From: Acidobacteriota bacterium
GTDB taxonomy: Bacteria > Acidobacteriota > JAAYUB01
Assembly (NCBI GenBank): GCA_016935015.1
Contig: JAFGRT010000004.1
Location: 1,985-65,984, forward strand
Length of the DNA: 64,000 bases
Direction: 5' to 3'
The translations under genes and the position numbers were made by a program. The notes beneath the pieces are model-generated. The model saw only the letters and a list, made by a program, of their open reading frames with translations, was not told where the DNA came from and did no database searches. Positions 41,504 to 52,705 of this stretch are shown in pieces; the first letter of the stretch is position 1, and every line of letters begins with the position of its first letter.

Positions 41504-43762
41504 CTACAGCTTGTCGGCTTCCATGACGGTGATGGAGGTCATGGTGACGATGTCGTCCACGGTGAAGTTGTACGTCAACAGATTGATGGGTTTGCGCATC
41601 CCCAGCAGCATCGGGCCCACTGCATCAGCCTTGCCCAGGTGCTGTACCAGCTTATAGGCAGCGTTGGCGCTGAACAGCTCGGGAAAAATCAGGACATTGG
41701 CATCACCCTGGATCTGAGAATGTGGAAAATTGTCCTGGGTGAATTCGGGCACCAGCGCCGTATCGGCCTGCATGTCCCCCTCGAAAACAATATCGGGTCG
41801 CCGTTTCCGGGCAATCCTGACCGCCTCCTGAATGGTCTCGATCTCTGCGTTCATCACCGAGCCGAAGTTGGTATAGGAGATGAACGCCACCTTGGGTTCA
41901 TAGTCGAAGTACCGGGCCGCATCGGCGCTCATGATGGCGATCTCGGCCAACTCGTCGGCCGTGGGCTTCAGGTTGACGGTGGTATCGGCCAGGAAGATGA
42001 CGCGATCCTTCATGATCATCATGTACAGGCCGGCCACCCGGCGGGCGCCTTCCTTGAGACCGACGACCTGCAGTGCCGGCCGGATGGTTTCGGGATAGGA
42101 AGACGTGATACCGGACACCAGACCGTCGGCGTCTTCCATCTCCACCATCATCATACCGAAATACACCGGATCCTGCATCAACCGGCCGGCCAGGTGTGGC
42201 GTCATCCCCTTGTATCGCCGTTTTTCGTAGAGTTTCTGGGCATAGGTCGGGGTGCGGTCGTCCATCAGGGGATCCACCGTCTCGTAGTCCTTCAGATCCA
42301 GGCCCAGCTGCTGGATCTTGTTGCGGATGACCACGCTGTTCCCCAGCAACACCGGCGTACAGATATCCTCATCGACAATGATCTGGGCGGCACGCAGCAC
42401 CTTGTCCTCTTCCCCCTCCGGGAACACGATTTTTTTCTTCAGATGTTTGACCTTGTTGATCACCAGCCGGGTCATGCGTTTGGAGAGGCCCAGCATGGAT
42501 TCCAGCTTCTGGCGGTAGGCCTCGATATCATCGAAGGGCTTTTGGGCCACACCCGTGTCGATGGCCGCCTGGGCCACGGCCGGCGCTTCCCACAGCAGGA
42601 CACGCGGATCAAAGGGCTTGGGAATGATGTATTCGGGCCCGAAATGCAACTTGATGCCGCCGTAAGCCTTGATCACCCCGTCGGGCACGTCCTGCTTGGC
42701 CAGCGTAGCCAGGGCGTGGGACGCCGCCAGTTTCATCTCATTGTTGATGGCCGTCGCGCGCACATCCAGGGCTCCGCGGAAGATGAACGGAAAACCGAGC
42801 ACGTTGTTGACCTGGTTGGGGTAATCCGAACGGCCGGTGGCCATGATGACGTCAGGGCGGGCGGCCCGGGCGTCCTCGTAGGTGATCTCCGGATCGGGAT
42901 TGGCCATGGCGAAGATAATGGGATTCTTGTTCATGGAGCGGACCATGTCCTGACTCACCATGTCCTTGGCGGACAACCCGACGAACGCGTCGGCGCCGTC
43001 CATGGCCTCGGCGAGGGTCCGTCGGTCGGTATCCACCGCCCACCGCTCCTTGTAGGGATTCATGCCGTCGGTGCGGCCCGTGTAGATGACGCCACGGGTG
43101 TCCACCATCATGACGTTCTCTTTCTTGATGCCGAGATCGGTGAAGATCTTGGCGCAGGCGATGCCGGCGGCGCCGGCGCCGCAGATGATCAGCCGGACCT
43201 GGGACAGGTCGCGCTCGGTGATTTCACAGGCATTGATCAGGGCGGCACCGGCGATGATGGCCGTTCCGTGCTGGTCATCGTGAAACACGGGAATGTTCAT
43301 GAGTTCAATGAGCTTTTCTTCGATGTAGAAACATTCCGGCGCCTTGATGTCCTCGAGGTTGATGCCGCCGAACGTAGGTTCCAGCAGCTTGACGGTGCGC
43401 ACGATTTCGTCCGGATCCTTGGAGTCCACCTCGATGTCGAACACATCGATGTTGCCGAACCGTTTGAACAGGACGCCCTTTCCTTCCATCACCGGCTTGG
43501 ACGCCAGCGCGCCGATATTCCCCAGGCCCAGCACGGCGGTGCCGTTGGAGACGACGGCCACCAGGTTGCCCTTGCTGGTGTAGCGGAAGGCATCCTCCGG
43601 CCGCTCGGCAATATGAAGGCACGGCACGGCCACCCCCGGTGTGTACGCCAGGGACAGATCGCGCTGCGTCAGGCAGGGTTTGGTTGAAATCACCTCGACT
43701 TTTCCGGGACGCCCTTTACTATGATATTCCAGGGCTTCCAACTCGCGTCGGCTGAGCGTCAT
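41504..43762 (-). CDS. maeB: NADP-dependent malic enzyme with a C-terminal phosphotransacetylase-like domain (MaeB type)
   Basis: Malic-enzyme N-terminal and NAD(P) domains plus a PTA-like C-terminal half. Confidence 0.95.
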   Translation of the reverse strand: MTLSRRELEALEYHSKGRPGKVEVISTKPCLTQRDLSLAYTPGVAVPCLHIAERPEDAFRYTSKGNLVAVVSNGTAVLGLGNIGALASKPVMEGKGVLFKRFGNIDVFDIEVDSKDPDEIVRTVKLLEPTFGGINLEDIKAPECFYIEEKLIELMNIPVFHDDQHGTAIIAGAALINACEITERDLSQVRLIICGAGAAGIACAKIFTDLGIKKENVMMVDTRGVIYTGRTDGMNPYKERWAVDTDRRTLAEAMDGADAFVGLSAKDMVSQDMVRSMNKNPIIFAMANPDPEITYEDARAARPDVIMATGRSDYPNQVNNVLGFPFIFRGALDVRATAINNEMKLAASHALATLAKQDVPDGVIKAYGGIKLHFGPEYIIPKPFDPRVLLWEAPAVAQAAIDTGVAQKPFDDIEAYRQKLESMLGLSKRMTRLVINKVKHLKKKIVFPEGEEDKVLRAAQIIVDEDICTPVLLGNSVVIRNKIQQLGLDLKDYETVDPLMDDRTPTYAQKLYEKRRYKGMTPHLAGRLMQDPVYFGMMMVEMEDADGLVSGITSSYPETIRPALQVVGLKEGARRVAGLYMMIMKDRVIFLADTTVNLKPTADELAEIAIMSADAARYFDYEPKVAFISYTNFGSVMNAEIETIQEAVRIARKRRPDIVFEGDMQADTALVPEFTQDNFPHSQIQGDANVLIFPELFSANAAYKLVQHLGKADAVGPMLLGMRKPINLLTYNFTVDDIVTMTSITVMEADKL

Positions 43763-43902
43763 AAAGCCTCCTTCAAGGATAAAACGTGCAAAGAGTATGT
43801 TATTTAAAACCCCATCTTATACCAATCCCGGGCAAAAACCAACCGCTTTCGGAGACTCGACGTCACCGTACAGCCCCGTCAGATTCCGGTCGCGCCGGCG
43901 CG

Positions 43903-45345
43903 TTATTTACCGGCCAGTTTCTTGCTGACGTAGTCGGCGCCCACCTGAATGGCCTTTTCATTATCGGGAATAAACCGCTTGGCTTTCAGAAAGATATGCA
44001 GTCCATCGAAGGCCACCTTCAACGGCACCAGGCCGGTCTTCTGGAGATAGGCGCCCAGCACCACCATGTTGCCGAACCGGATGTTGCCGAGTTCCGAGGC
44101 CATCTCCGTGGCGGGAATGGGCAACCACTCCACATCCTTGCGGGTGGGTTCGATGTCGATCATGGACGTGTTGGTGATAAGCAGGCCGCCCGGCACCAGT
44201 TCCTTCTCGAACTTCTCCAGCGACGGCTTGTTCATGGCGACACAGACCGTGGACGCCGTAACCAGCGGCGAGCCGATGATGTGCTCCGAGACCATCACAT
44301 GGCAATGGGCCGTGCCGCCGCGCATCTCCGGACCGTACGAAGGCAACCAGGACACATCGTAGCCCTGCATCAGGCCAAGCTGCGCGATGGCCACCCCCAG
44401 GGAAAGAACGCCCTGGCCGCCGAAGCCGGCGATCTTGATCCGGGGATTGCGATACGGCCCCGGCAGGTCGGCCATGGAAGCCTGTACCACCTTGTCTTCC
44501 ATGGGGATATCGATGAGCTTTGGCAATTCCGACTTGGGGGGCACGTTCTCGATGTACCGGAACGGCTCGGCTTTCTCCGTGTTGTCCTTGAACACACCCA
44601 CCGGGAAATACGGCAGCATGTACTTTTCAATCCAGTCCAGGGAATCGGACGGTTGTTTGACCTTCCAGCCGGTGGGGCAACCGGAAAGAATTTCCACCAG
44701 GGAAAACCCCTTGCGATCGGCCTGGACCTGCAGTGCCTTGCGGATGGCCTTGCGGGCCTTGGCGCGGGCAGCGGAGTTGTGCAGCGACACCCGCTCGATA
44801 TACACGGGCGCCTCAAGGCTGGACAGCAACTCACACACCCGGATTGGGAAACCTTCGTTGTGGGGATTCCGGCCATACGGTGACGTGGTGGTCTTCTGCT
44901 CCACCAGGGTGGTGGGCGCCATTTGACCGCCCGTCATGCCGTAAATGGCGTTGTTGATGAAAAAAACCGTGATCTGCTCGCCCCGGTTGGCGGCCTGCAT
45001 GATTTCGTCGCCGCCGATGGCCGCCAGATCGCCGTCGCCCTGATAGCTGATGACGATGCTGTCAGGGTTTGCCCGCTTGACGCCGGTGGCAACCGCCGGT
45101 GCCCGGCCGTGGGCCGCCTGGATGTTGCCCACGTCGAAATAGTAGTAGGCAAACACGGAGCATCCGACGGGCGAGATGAGGATGGTCCGTTCGGCCAGAT
45201 TCAAGTCGGACAAGGCCTCGGCGATCATTTTGTGGGCGATGCCATGACCGCAGCCGGGACAATAGTGGGTAACGGTAATGTCGCCGTCCTTGCGGGGATA
45301 ATTATCGTAAAAGCTTCGGGGTTTCTCCAGAATTTTTTCGTACAT
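43903..45345 (-). CDS. 2-Oxoacid:ferredoxin oxidoreductase, fused beta (TPP-binding) and gamma subunits
   Basis: The N-terminal half is beta (CPGCGHG, GDGD, MTGGQ). The C-terminal half is gamma (IKIAGFGGQGV...). Start at MYEKIL with GAGG RBS. Confidence 0.85.
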   Translation of the reverse strand: MYEKILEKPRSFYDNYPRKDGDITVTHYCPGCGHGIAHKMIAEALSDLNLAERTILISPVGCSVFAYYYFDVGNIQAAHGRAPAVATGVKRANPDSIVISYQGDGDLAAIGGDEIMQAANRGEQITVFFINNAIYGMTGGQMAPTTLVEQKTTTSPYGRNPHNEGFPIRVCELLSSLEAPVYIERVSLHNSAARAKARKAIRKALQVQADRKGFSLVEILSGCPTGWKVKQPSDSLDWIEKYMLPYFPVGVFKDNTEKAEPFRYIENVPPKSELPKLIDIPMEDKVVQASMADLPGPYRNPRIKIAGFGGQGVLSLGVAIAQLGLMQGYDVSWLPSYGPEMRGGTAHCHVMVSEHIIGSPLVTASTVCVAMNKPSLEKFEKELVPGGLLITNTSMIDIEPTRKDVEWLPIPATEMASELGNIRFGNMVVLGAYLQKTGLVPLKVAFDGLHIFLKAKRFIPDNEKAIQVGADYVSKKLAGK

Positions 45346-45356
45346 GGCATCACCTC

Positions 45357-46400
45357 TCACAACTTCTTCAGAACGTCGAGGATTTCCTCGGCCGACGGCA
45401 CCACACCGCCCATACGGCCGTAGAATTCCACCGGTACACGACCCTCCACGGCCAGGCGAACATCCTGGACCATCTGGCCGTTGGACATCTCCACTACCAG
45501 GATTTTCTTCACCTGGGCGCAGAACTCCTGGATCCGCTTGACGGGAAACGGCCATACGGTGACAGGCCGCAATAGTCCGGCGCGGATACCGGCCTCCCGC
45601 GCGTAATCCACGGTGGAGCGGAGCACACGGCTCACGATGCCGTAGCCCATGAGCAGGATCTCGGCATCTTCCGTCTGGTATTCATCCGTCATCAATTCGT
45701 TCGCTTCGATGGTGCGGTACTTCTCCTGTAGTTTGAGATTGTGCTCCTCCAGCTCGCTATGGCTCAGAAAAATAGAGGTAATGAGATTATGGCGGGTAAC
45801 CTGATCACCATGGACACCCCAGTCGTAGCGGGGCGGATCGATGATCTCCCGGGTGGGAAATTCCACCTGCTCCATCATCTGGCCGATGACACCGTCGGTC
45901 AAGACGTAGACAGGGGAGCGGTACTTGTCCGCCAAATCGAACGCCTTCATGGTCAGATCGCACATCTCCTGGGCTGAGTTGGGCGCCAAGACGATGACCT
46001 TGTAATTACCGTGACCACCGCCCTTGACCACCTGGTTGTAATCAGCCTGCTCCGGGCCGATGTTGCCCAGGCCGGGCCCGCCGCGCATGATATCGACGAT
46101 CACACAGGGCAACTGGGCACCGGCACAGTAAGACACAGCCTCCTGCTTGAGGGAGATACCGGGGCCGGAAGAGGCCGTCATGCAGCGGACTCCGGCGGAG
46201 GCGGCGCCATAGACCATGTTCATGGCCGCGATTTCACTCTCGGCCTGGATAAACGTCCGGCCGATGAGCGGAAAATATTTGGCGGCTGCTTCGGCGATTT
46301 CACTGGCGGGCGTGATGGGATATCCGAAATAGGCCACGCAGCCGGCCAGGGCCGCGCCCTTGATAACAGCTTCATTTCCTTTGATCAATTGCTTTGCCAT
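45357..46400 (-). CDS. 2-Oxoacid:ferredoxin oxidoreductase alpha subunit
   Basis: [12 protein letters not shown]...[10 protein letters not shown]... Confidence 0.9.
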   Translation of the reverse strand: MAKQLIKGNEAVIKGAALAGCVAYFGYPITPASEIAEAAAKYFPLIGRTFIQAESEIAAMNMVYGAASAGVRCMTASSGPGISLKQEAVSYCAGAQLPCVIVDIMRGGPGLGNIGPEQADYNQVVKGGGHGNYKVIVLAPNSAQEMCDLTMKAFDLADKYRSPVYVLTDGVIGQMMEQVEFPTREIIDPPRYDWGVHGDQVTRHNLITSIFLSHSELEEHNLKLQEKYRTIEANELMTDEYQTEDAEILLMGYGIVSRVLRSTVDYAREAGIRAGLLRPVTVWPFPVKRIQEFCAQVKKILVVEMSNGQMVQDVRLAVEGRVPVEFYGRMGGVVPSAEEILDVLKKL

Positions 46401-46413
46401 GGGCCCCTCCTGT

Positions 46414-46659
46414 TCACGATTGTTTTTTCGCCAGGCGATAAACGGTGATGGCACCCGGCTCGGGACAAGTATAAAAACAGTTTCCGCAGCCGATACAGCC
46501 GCTGCCTTTGTACTGGGCCGGATGATAGCCTTGCTTGTTGATAATGTCCCTGGAAAACTCGATGACGCTCACGGGGCAAGCGACGATACAAAGTCCGCAG
46601 CCTTTGCATTCGTCTACATCGATTTCGATCTTTCCTCTATCGATTTTTTCTTCAGTCAT
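46414..46659 (-). CDS. 2-Oxoacid:ferredoxin oxidoreductase delta subunit (2x[4Fe-4S] ferredoxin)
   Basis: [12 protein letters not shown] and [12 protein letters not shown]. Confidence 0.9.
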   Translation of the reverse strand: MTEEKIDRGKIEIDVDECKGCGLCIVACPVSVIEFSRDIINKQGYHPAQYKGSGCIGCGNCFYTCPEPGAITVYRLAKKQS

Positions 46660-46775
46660 GGTTTACCCCCGCTGGAGAATTGTTGAAAGAACATCCCTGG
46701 CCTGACCGTAACACATCGCCCAGCCGGGGAATTGGCCGATGGGCGGGGGACGGCGACCGTCCCCCGCGATGATGG

Positions 46776-48101
46776 TTAATGCTTCTTGACGAAATCGGCG
46801 AGCACTGTCTGGAGATCGGGCTGGCCGATTTCCTGGAGTTCGTATGTCACGCGAACGGTCGGATGCTCGATACGGCACACCCGGCGCAGGTCGATGGGCG
46901 TGCCGATGACCACCAGGTCGCAGGGCGTGTTGTTGATGGTGGTCTCCAGGTCCCGCATCTGCTCTTCACCGTACCCCATGGCCGGCAACAGGATCCCGAT
47001 GTCGGGGTACTTCTCGAATGTATCCACCAGGCGACCCACCGCGTATTCACGCGGATCCACCAGCTCGGACGCGCCGTACTTCAAAGCGGCCACCACCCCG
47101 GCGCCGTACTCCATCTCGCCGTGGGTTAAGGTCGGGCCATCTTCCACAACCAGCACGCGCTTATCCTGGATCTCCTGGTAGTTGTTCACGAACAGAGGGC
47201 TGGCGGCTTCAATGACGGCCGCGCGCGGATTCAGTTCGCGGATGGAAGCACGCACATCGTTCACGCCTTCCGGGTCGGCCGTATCCACCTTGTTGATGAC
47301 CACGACGTCGGCCCGGCGCAGGTTCACCTCACCAGGGTGGTACGAATACTCATGCCCCGGCCGGTGCGGATCCACCAGCACGATTTCCAGGTCCGATTTG
47401 TAGAACGGGAAATCGTTGTTGCCGCCGTCCCACAGGATAATGTCAGCCTCTTTTTCGGCCTCGCGCAGGATGGCTTCATAGTCCACGCCGGCATAAACCA
47501 CCACGCCCTTGGTGATGTGGGGTTCGTATTCTTCCATTTCCTCGATGGTGCAATCATGCTTGGCCAGGTCCTCGATGGTGGCGAAACGCTGCACCCGTTG
47601 CTTGACCAGATCACCGTAGGGCATGGGATGGCGGATGGCGACCACTTTCTTGCCCAGCGACTGCAGCACCCGGACCACCGCCCGGCTGGTCTGGCTTTTG
47701 CCGCATCCGGTACGGACGGCGCATACGGAGACCACCGGCTTGGTGGATTCGATCATGGTGGCGCCGGGCCCGATCAGCCGGAAGTCGGCGCCTTTGGACA
47801 ACACCCGGGCCGACTTGCTCATCACTGTGTCATAGGAGACGTCGGAATAGGCAAAATCCACGACATGCACCCGGTAACGGTCGATGAGCTCTTCCAGCTC
47901 CTCCTCGGCGTAAATGGGAATGCCCTCGGGATACAGCGGCCCGGCCAGCTCGGCCGGATAACGCTTATCGTCGATGTCGGGAATCTGCGCGGCGGTGAAT
48001 GCCACCACCTCATAGACCGGATTATTCCGATAGACGGTATTGAAATTGTGAAAATCGCGTCCGGCGGCACCCATGATGATCACTCTGATTTTCTCAGTCA
48101 T
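46776..48101 (-). CDS. COG2403-family P-loop protein (cyclic 2,3-diphosphoglycerate synthetase-like)
   Basis: IMGAAGRDFHNFN N-terminus and an overall length of about 440 aa, recalled as typical of cPGS/COG2403. Confidence 0.6.
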   Translation of the reverse strand: MTEKIRVIIMGAAGRDFHNFNTVYRNNPVYEVVAFTAAQIPDIDDKRYPAELAGPLYPEGIPIYAEEELEELIDRYRVHVVDFAYSDVSYDTVMSKSARVLSKGADFRLIGPGATMIESTKPVVSVCAVRTGCGKSQTSRAVVRVLQSLGKKVVAIRHPMPYGDLVKQRVQRFATIEDLAKHDCTIEEMEEYEPHITKGVVVYAGVDYEAILREAEKEADIILWDGGNNDFPFYKSDLEIVLVDPHRPGHEYSYHPGEVNLRRADVVVINKVDTADPEGVNDVRASIRELNPRAAVIEAASPLFVNNYQEIQDKRVLVVEDGPTLTHGEMEYGAGVVAALKYGASELVDPREYAVGRLVDTFEKYPDIGILLPAMGYGEEQMRDLETTINNTPCDLVVIGTPIDLRRVCRIEHPTVRVTYELQEIGQPDLQTVLADFVKKH

Positions 48102-48299
48102 TTTTCCTCCTGTGTGTATTCTCGATGTGTTGAATCAGGACAAACGCTGGGGTGAGAGAAAAGGGAAATCGGTTAGCTCAACGGCCCGATCTTCTGGGTA
48201 AAGAACTGGATGGTTAGCAGATCTTTTCGCACCACCCGGAATATGTTGAAAATTCGTTTTTCCATAATCGCGATGGGATTATAGCAGTAACTCCCCTTG

Positions 48300-49538
48300 T
48301 TAATCCAGCAGATGAATAACCAGCCCGCTTTTGAGTTTCGGCTCGAACCAGGTGGACTTGGGCGGCATGAACCGGCCGGCGTCGGCGATGGCCATCAGCT
48401 GCTCGATAGAAGTCGGATACAGGGCAAAGGCCACGGCGTGTTTGCCCGATTGCACCAGACGCTCCAGCTCCTGCAGCCCGCGGATCCCGCCGACGAAGTC
48501 GATGCGTTTGTCCTTGCGGGGATCAGCGATGCCCAGAATGGGTGCCAAAAGGTTCTCCTGCAGGATACTGACGTCCAGGGACCGGACCGGATCATCCGTT
48601 GGGAACGTCCCCGCCTTGGCCGTCAGCCGAAACCAGCGCCCGTTGATATACATGCCGAAGTCATGCAGTTGCTTCGGTTTTCCGGCTTCCACTTCCGCCA
48701 TGGTGAAATTCGCTTTCACCCTTTCCAGTAACTGCTCCGGGGGTTGATTGTTCAGATCCCGGACCACCCGGTTGTAGTCCATGATCAGCATCTGGTCATG
48801 GGGAAAAATGACCGACAGGAAAAAGTTATACTCCTCTTCACCAGTATGCTGCGGATTCTTCGCCCGCCTCATTTTCTGTACCCGGGAGGCCGATGCGGAA
48901 CGATGATGCCCGTCGGCCACATACAGACAGTCGATCTGGCCGAACAGGGCCTCGATCCGGCCGATGATCGCAGGATCGGCCACTACCCAGAAAAAATGGC
49001 GGATCCCGTCGATGGACGTAAAATCATATTCCGGTGCTCCGGCGGTGATGCCGGCCATGATTGCATCGATGGCCCGTACGGCCTTATACGTCAGAAATAC
49101 CGGCCCGGTATTGGCGTTGAGCGTCGCTACGTGACGGGTTCGGTCGTCTTCCTTGTCCGCACGGGTTTGCTCATGTTTTTTGATCCGATCGCGGTCATAC
49201 TCATCCACCGAAGCCCCGGCCACCAGGCCGGTCTGCACATGACGGCCCATCTGCTGGCGATAGACGTAAAGACAAGGTTTTTCATCCTGGCGCAGGACAT
49301 TGTCACGAATCATCCGCTGCAGGTTGGCCGCACCCTGGGCGTACACCCGCTCGTCGTAGAGGTCGACATCGGAATCCAGGTCGATTTCCGGCTTGTTGAC
49401 ATGGAGGAAGGTGTACTCGTTACCCAACGCCATTTCCCGCGCCTCCTCGGAAGAGAGCACGTCATAGGGCGGCGCCGCCACTTTTTCCACAAGTTTGGGA
49501 TCGGGTCGTAATCCGCGAAAAGCCCGGATGATGGCCAT
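48300..49538 (-). CDS. DUF1015-family protein
   Basis: AAGGAG RBS. MAIIRAFRGLRPDP...PPYDVLSSEE matches the DUF1015 N-terminal hallmark. Confidence 0.7.
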   Translation of the reverse strand: MAIIRAFRGLRPDPKLVEKVAAPPYDVLSSEEAREMALGNEYTFLHVNKPEIDLDSDVDLYDERVYAQGAANLQRMIRDNVLRQDEKPCLYVYRQQMGRHVQTGLVAGASVDEYDRDRIKKHEQTRADKEDDRTRHVATLNANTGPVFLTYKAVRAIDAIMAGITAGAPEYDFTSIDGIRHFFWVVADPAIIGRIEALFGQIDCLYVADGHHRSASASRVQKMRRAKNPQHTGEEEYNFFLSVIFPHDQMLIMDYNRVVRDLNNQPPEQLLERVKANFTMAEVEAGKPKQLHDFGMYINGRWFRLTAKAGTFPTDDPVRSLDVSILQENLLAPILGIADPRKDKRIDFVGGIRGLQELERLVQSGKHAVAFALYPTSIEQLMAIADAGRFMPPKSTWFEPKLKSGLVIHLLD

Positions 49539-49816
49539 ATCTCTACTCCTTGCCGTTTCAGATCTGTACGATGCATTGCAACCAGAACAATAAAGTCTAC
49601 AGTTACTGCAATTAAATGTCAAATTATTTAGCCGCACCGACGACCTCGAACATAACCTATATTTTTACAACTAGTTACAGATATATACATTCCCGCCATC
49701 ATTAATTGCTGCGGCTGACGGTTCGGGTGCGGCCGCCGATTTTGCTATTGAAAAAAAGCCCATAAAATAGTATAAGACTATACTTTGTGCAAACCATTCA
49801 TCGAAGGAGTGTGGAC

Positions 49817-50206
49817 GTGGACAAATACAAAGTGAACGATCTGAAAAAACTGACAGTGGTGAAGCTGCGTGAGCTGGCTGCCGAGTTCGAGGAAATCGTC
49901 GGCGCGACCGGCATGAACAAGGAAAAACTGATCGAGGAACTGTCCAATGCTCTCAAGAAACGGGACCGGTTCATCGTGGAGGAAGTTCACTCCAAGGAAC
50001 TGGAGAAGCTGGAAGCGGATCGCCTGAGATTGAAGCCCGAGATGAAGACATGGATCAAACAGAAAAAGGAAATCCTGACCCAGAAAGACCATGACCTGGC
50101 CAAGCTGAAGGAAGTCCGTGACAAAATCAAGCGCCTCCGCCGCCGGATCCATCGCACGCATGTGCGCGAAGAGCAGCTCAAGAAAATCCTGAAGCTGAAA
50201 TCATAA
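49817..50206 (+). CDS. Small basic coiled-coil protein with a Rho-N/SAP-like N-terminal motif
   Basis: GTG start 8 nt after AAGGAG. Upstream TTGAAA, a 17-nt spacer, then TATAAG promoter. NDLKKLTVVKLRELAAEFEE resembles a Rho_N helix-extension-helix. Confidence 0.5.
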   Translation: MDKYKVNDLKKLTVVKLRELAAEFEEIVGATGMNKEKLIEELSNALKKRDRFIVEEVHSKELEKLEADRLRLKPEMKTWIKQKKEILTQKDHDLAKLKEVRDKIKRLRRRIHRTHVREEQLKKILKLKS

Positions 50207-50275
50207 CTCGTTGCGCCCGCTCTGTCGCCATGCGGCCACCGCGCGGTGACCCATCAGCGCCGAAGGGTTAGGTCG

Positions 50276-51364
50276 ATGCACCGCAGACAACCACTTCCCG
50301 CCGATTTCATGCGACTGTCCGAGGAGGAGTCGACCGACCGGATCGCCCGGGTCCGCCGGGACCTCCGCGACCGCGTCGTCATCCTTGGTCATCATTATCA
50401 GCGGGAATCCGTCATCCGGTTTGCCGATTTCCGTGGCGATTCCCTGAAGTTAGCCCAATTGGCGGTCAGCCGCTCCGACGCGGCGTTCATCGTGTTCTGC
50501 GGAGTGCATTTCATGGCCGAGAGCGCCGATATGCTCCGCGCCCCACACCAGAAGGTGATCCTGCCGGACCTGACGGCCGGCTGCCCCATGGCCGACATGG
50601 CCGACCTGCCCCGGGCGGAGCGGTGTTGGGCGGAACTGAACCGGGCGGCGGTGTGGCCCGTCATCCCCATCACCTACATCAATTCGTCCGCGAGAATCAA
50701 GGCCTTCACCGGACGCCACGGCGGGATCGTCTGCACGTCGTCCAACGCCCGCGCCATTCTCGAATGGGCTTTTCGGCAAGCCCCGCGCATCCTCTTCCTG
50801 CCCGACCAGCATCTCGGCCGCAACACGGCCCGGGCCATGGGCATCCCCCCGGAGGAGATCCTCGTCTGGGATCCCGACCAGCCGCAGGGCGGCCATTCCA
50901 CCGAGGCCCTCCGCCGGGCGCGCGTGCTGCTCTGGAAAGGCCACTGCTACGTGCACCAGATGTTCAAAATCAGTCACGTCCGGCATTTTCAGAACCAGGA
51001 TCCGCCCTACACGATTCTGGTGCATCCGGAATGCGCCGCCGATGTGGTCCAGGCGGCCGACATGGCAGGTTCCACCGGATTCATTGTCGAGACGATCCGG
51101 CAGTCTGCGCCGGGCAGCCGCTGGGCCATCGGCACCGAAATTCACCTGGTGGAACGCCTGGCCCGGGAGTATCCGGACCGAACCATCGTCCCGCTGACGC
51201 GGTTCGGCGCGGTGTGCGCCACCATGAGCCGCATCGATCCACCCCATCTGCTCTGGGTCCTGGAGGCCATCGCTGCGGGCTCGCCCGTCAATGTCATCCG
51301 TGTGCCCGAGGAGGACGCCCGGGACGCACGTCTGGCCCTGCAACGCATGCTGGATCATTCATGA
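50276..51364 (+). CDS. nadA: Quinolinate synthase
   Basis: VILGHHYQ, GVHFMAES and CPMA motifs. Confidence 0.85.
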   Translation: MHRRQPLPADFMRLSEEESTDRIARVRRDLRDRVVILGHHYQRESVIRFADFRGDSLKLAQLAVSRSDAAFIVFCGVHFMAESADMLRAPHQKVILPDLTAGCPMADMADLPRAERCWAELNRAAVWPVIPITYINSSARIKAFTGRHGGIVCTSSNARAILEWAFRQAPRILFLPDQHLGRNTARAMGIPPEEILVWDPDQPQGGHSTEALRRARVLLWKGHCYVHQMFKISHVRHFQNQDPPYTILVHPECAADVVQAADMAGSTGFIVETIRQSAPGSRWAIGTEIHLVERLAREYPDRTIVPLTRFGAVCATMSRIDPPHLLWVLEAIAAGSPVNVIRVPEEDARDARLALQRMLDHS

Positions 51365-51381
51365 TTTTTTAGGAGGTCATT

Positions 51382-51705
51382 GTGACGGCTGCCGATGAGC
51401 ATTTTGTTCACCTCAAACCCGCGGGCAGGATCTGCCTGGGGGAAAAACTGGGCGAATTCCAACAGATGACCGCCACCTCCCTCGACGCCGCCCCGGCGCG
51501 CATCATTCTGGATCTGGCGGAAGTCACGTACATTGACAGCTCGGGTATCGGCGAGATCCTCAAACTCTTTCTGGAGTCCCGCAATCGGGCCAAAAAACTG
51601 GTGCTGGTCAACTTGCCGTCGGCCATTCAGAAAATCATGAAGAACGCCAAACTGGACGCGGTCTTTACCATCGCCGGCAACCTGGATGAAGCGCTGAAAA
51701 AGTAA
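51382..51705 (+). CDS. STAS-domain anti-sigma-factor antagonist
   Basis: GTG start with AGGAGG RBS. DLAEVTYIDSSGIGEI. Confidence 0.75.
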   Translation: MTAADEHFVHLKPAGRICLGEKLGEFQQMTATSLDAAPARIILDLAEVTYIDSSGIGEILKLFLESRNRAKKLVLVNLPSAIQKIMKNAKLDAVFTIAGNLDEALKK

Positions 51706-51745
51706 CCAATCGTTCTATCATCATAAACAAACGTGGAGGTATTCG

Positions 51746-52693
51746 ATGAAAAAAATTCTCGTCACGGGCGCCGTGGGCCAGATCGGCTCCGAACTGGTCA
51801 TGGAACTGCGCAAGATCTACGGTAATTCCAATGTCATCGCCACCGGGCGCAAGACGCCACCCAGCGACAAGCTCCGTGAGTCCGGTCCATTCTATTTTAT
51901 CGACGTGGCCGATCTGGACAGCTTCGCCGACCTGGTCAAAAAGCACAATGTGGACACCATTTACCACCTGGCGGCCATCCTTTCGGCCGTGGCCGAGGCC
52001 AAGCCCAATCTGGCGTGGAGCGTCAATATCAACGGTCTCTATAACGTTTTGGAAGTCGCCCGTGAGTGCACGTGCGCCGTGTTCACGCCCAGTTCCATCG
52101 GTGCTTTCGGCCCCACCACCCCGCCCGACAACACACCACAGGACACCATCCAGCGTCCCAATACCATGTACGGCGTCACCAAAGTGGCCGGCGAACTGCT
52201 CTGCGACTACTACTACAAACGTTTCGGCGTGGATACCCGCGGCCTGCGCTATCCCGGCATCATCTCCCACGAGACCCTGCCCGGCGGCGGGACCACCGAC
52301 TATGCCGTGGAAATTTTCTACGAAGCCATCAAGCACCGGAAATACACCTGCTTCCTCCAGGAAGGCACGAAACTGGACATGATGTACATGCCCGACGCCC
52401 TGCAGTCAGCCATCGACCTGATGGAGGCAGACCCGGCCCGCTTGAAGCACCGCAACGCCTTCAATGTGACGGCCATGAGTTTCGCGCCCGAGGATATCGC
52501 CGCCGAAGTCAAGCGGCTGATTCCCGAGTTCGTGATGAGCTACGAAGTGGACCCCGTCCGCCAGGGCATCGCCGACAGTTGGCCCAACAGCATGGATGAT
52601 TCGTGCGCCCGTGAGGAATGGGGCTGGAATCCGAAATATGATCTGCGGGCCATGTGCGAAGACATGGTCAGGGAACTTTCGAAAAAATTGTAA
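51746..52693 (+). CDS. tdh: L-threonine 3-dehydrogenase, NAD-dependent epimerase/SDR type
   Basis: TGAVGQIG Rossmann motif and YGVTK catalytic motif. Paired with kbl downstream. Confidence 0.75.
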   Translation: MKKILVTGAVGQIGSELVMELRKIYGNSNVIATGRKTPPSDKLRESGPFYFIDVADLDSFADLVKKHNVDTIYHLAAILSAVAEAKPNLAWSVNINGLYNVLEVARECTCAVFTPSSIGAFGPTTPPDNTPQDTIQRPNTMYGVTKVAGELLCDYYYKRFGVDTRGLRYPGIISHETLPGGGTTDYAVEIFYEAIKHRKYTCFLQEGTKLDMMYMPDALQSAIDLMEADPARLKHRNAFNVTAMSFAPEDIAAEVKRLIPEFVMSYEVDPVRQGIADSWPNSMDDSCAREEWGWNPKYDLRAMCEDMVRELSKKL

Positions 52694-52705
52694 GGGAGGA
52701 CAATC

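Noticed and set aside
46700-46730. GGGGACGG-cga-CCGTCCCC hairpin downstream of the COG2403 gene
   Set aside because: It is a perfect 8-bp GC stem but with no U-tract, and it lies upstream of korD. It could be an RNA structure, but the evidence is too weak to call a terminator.
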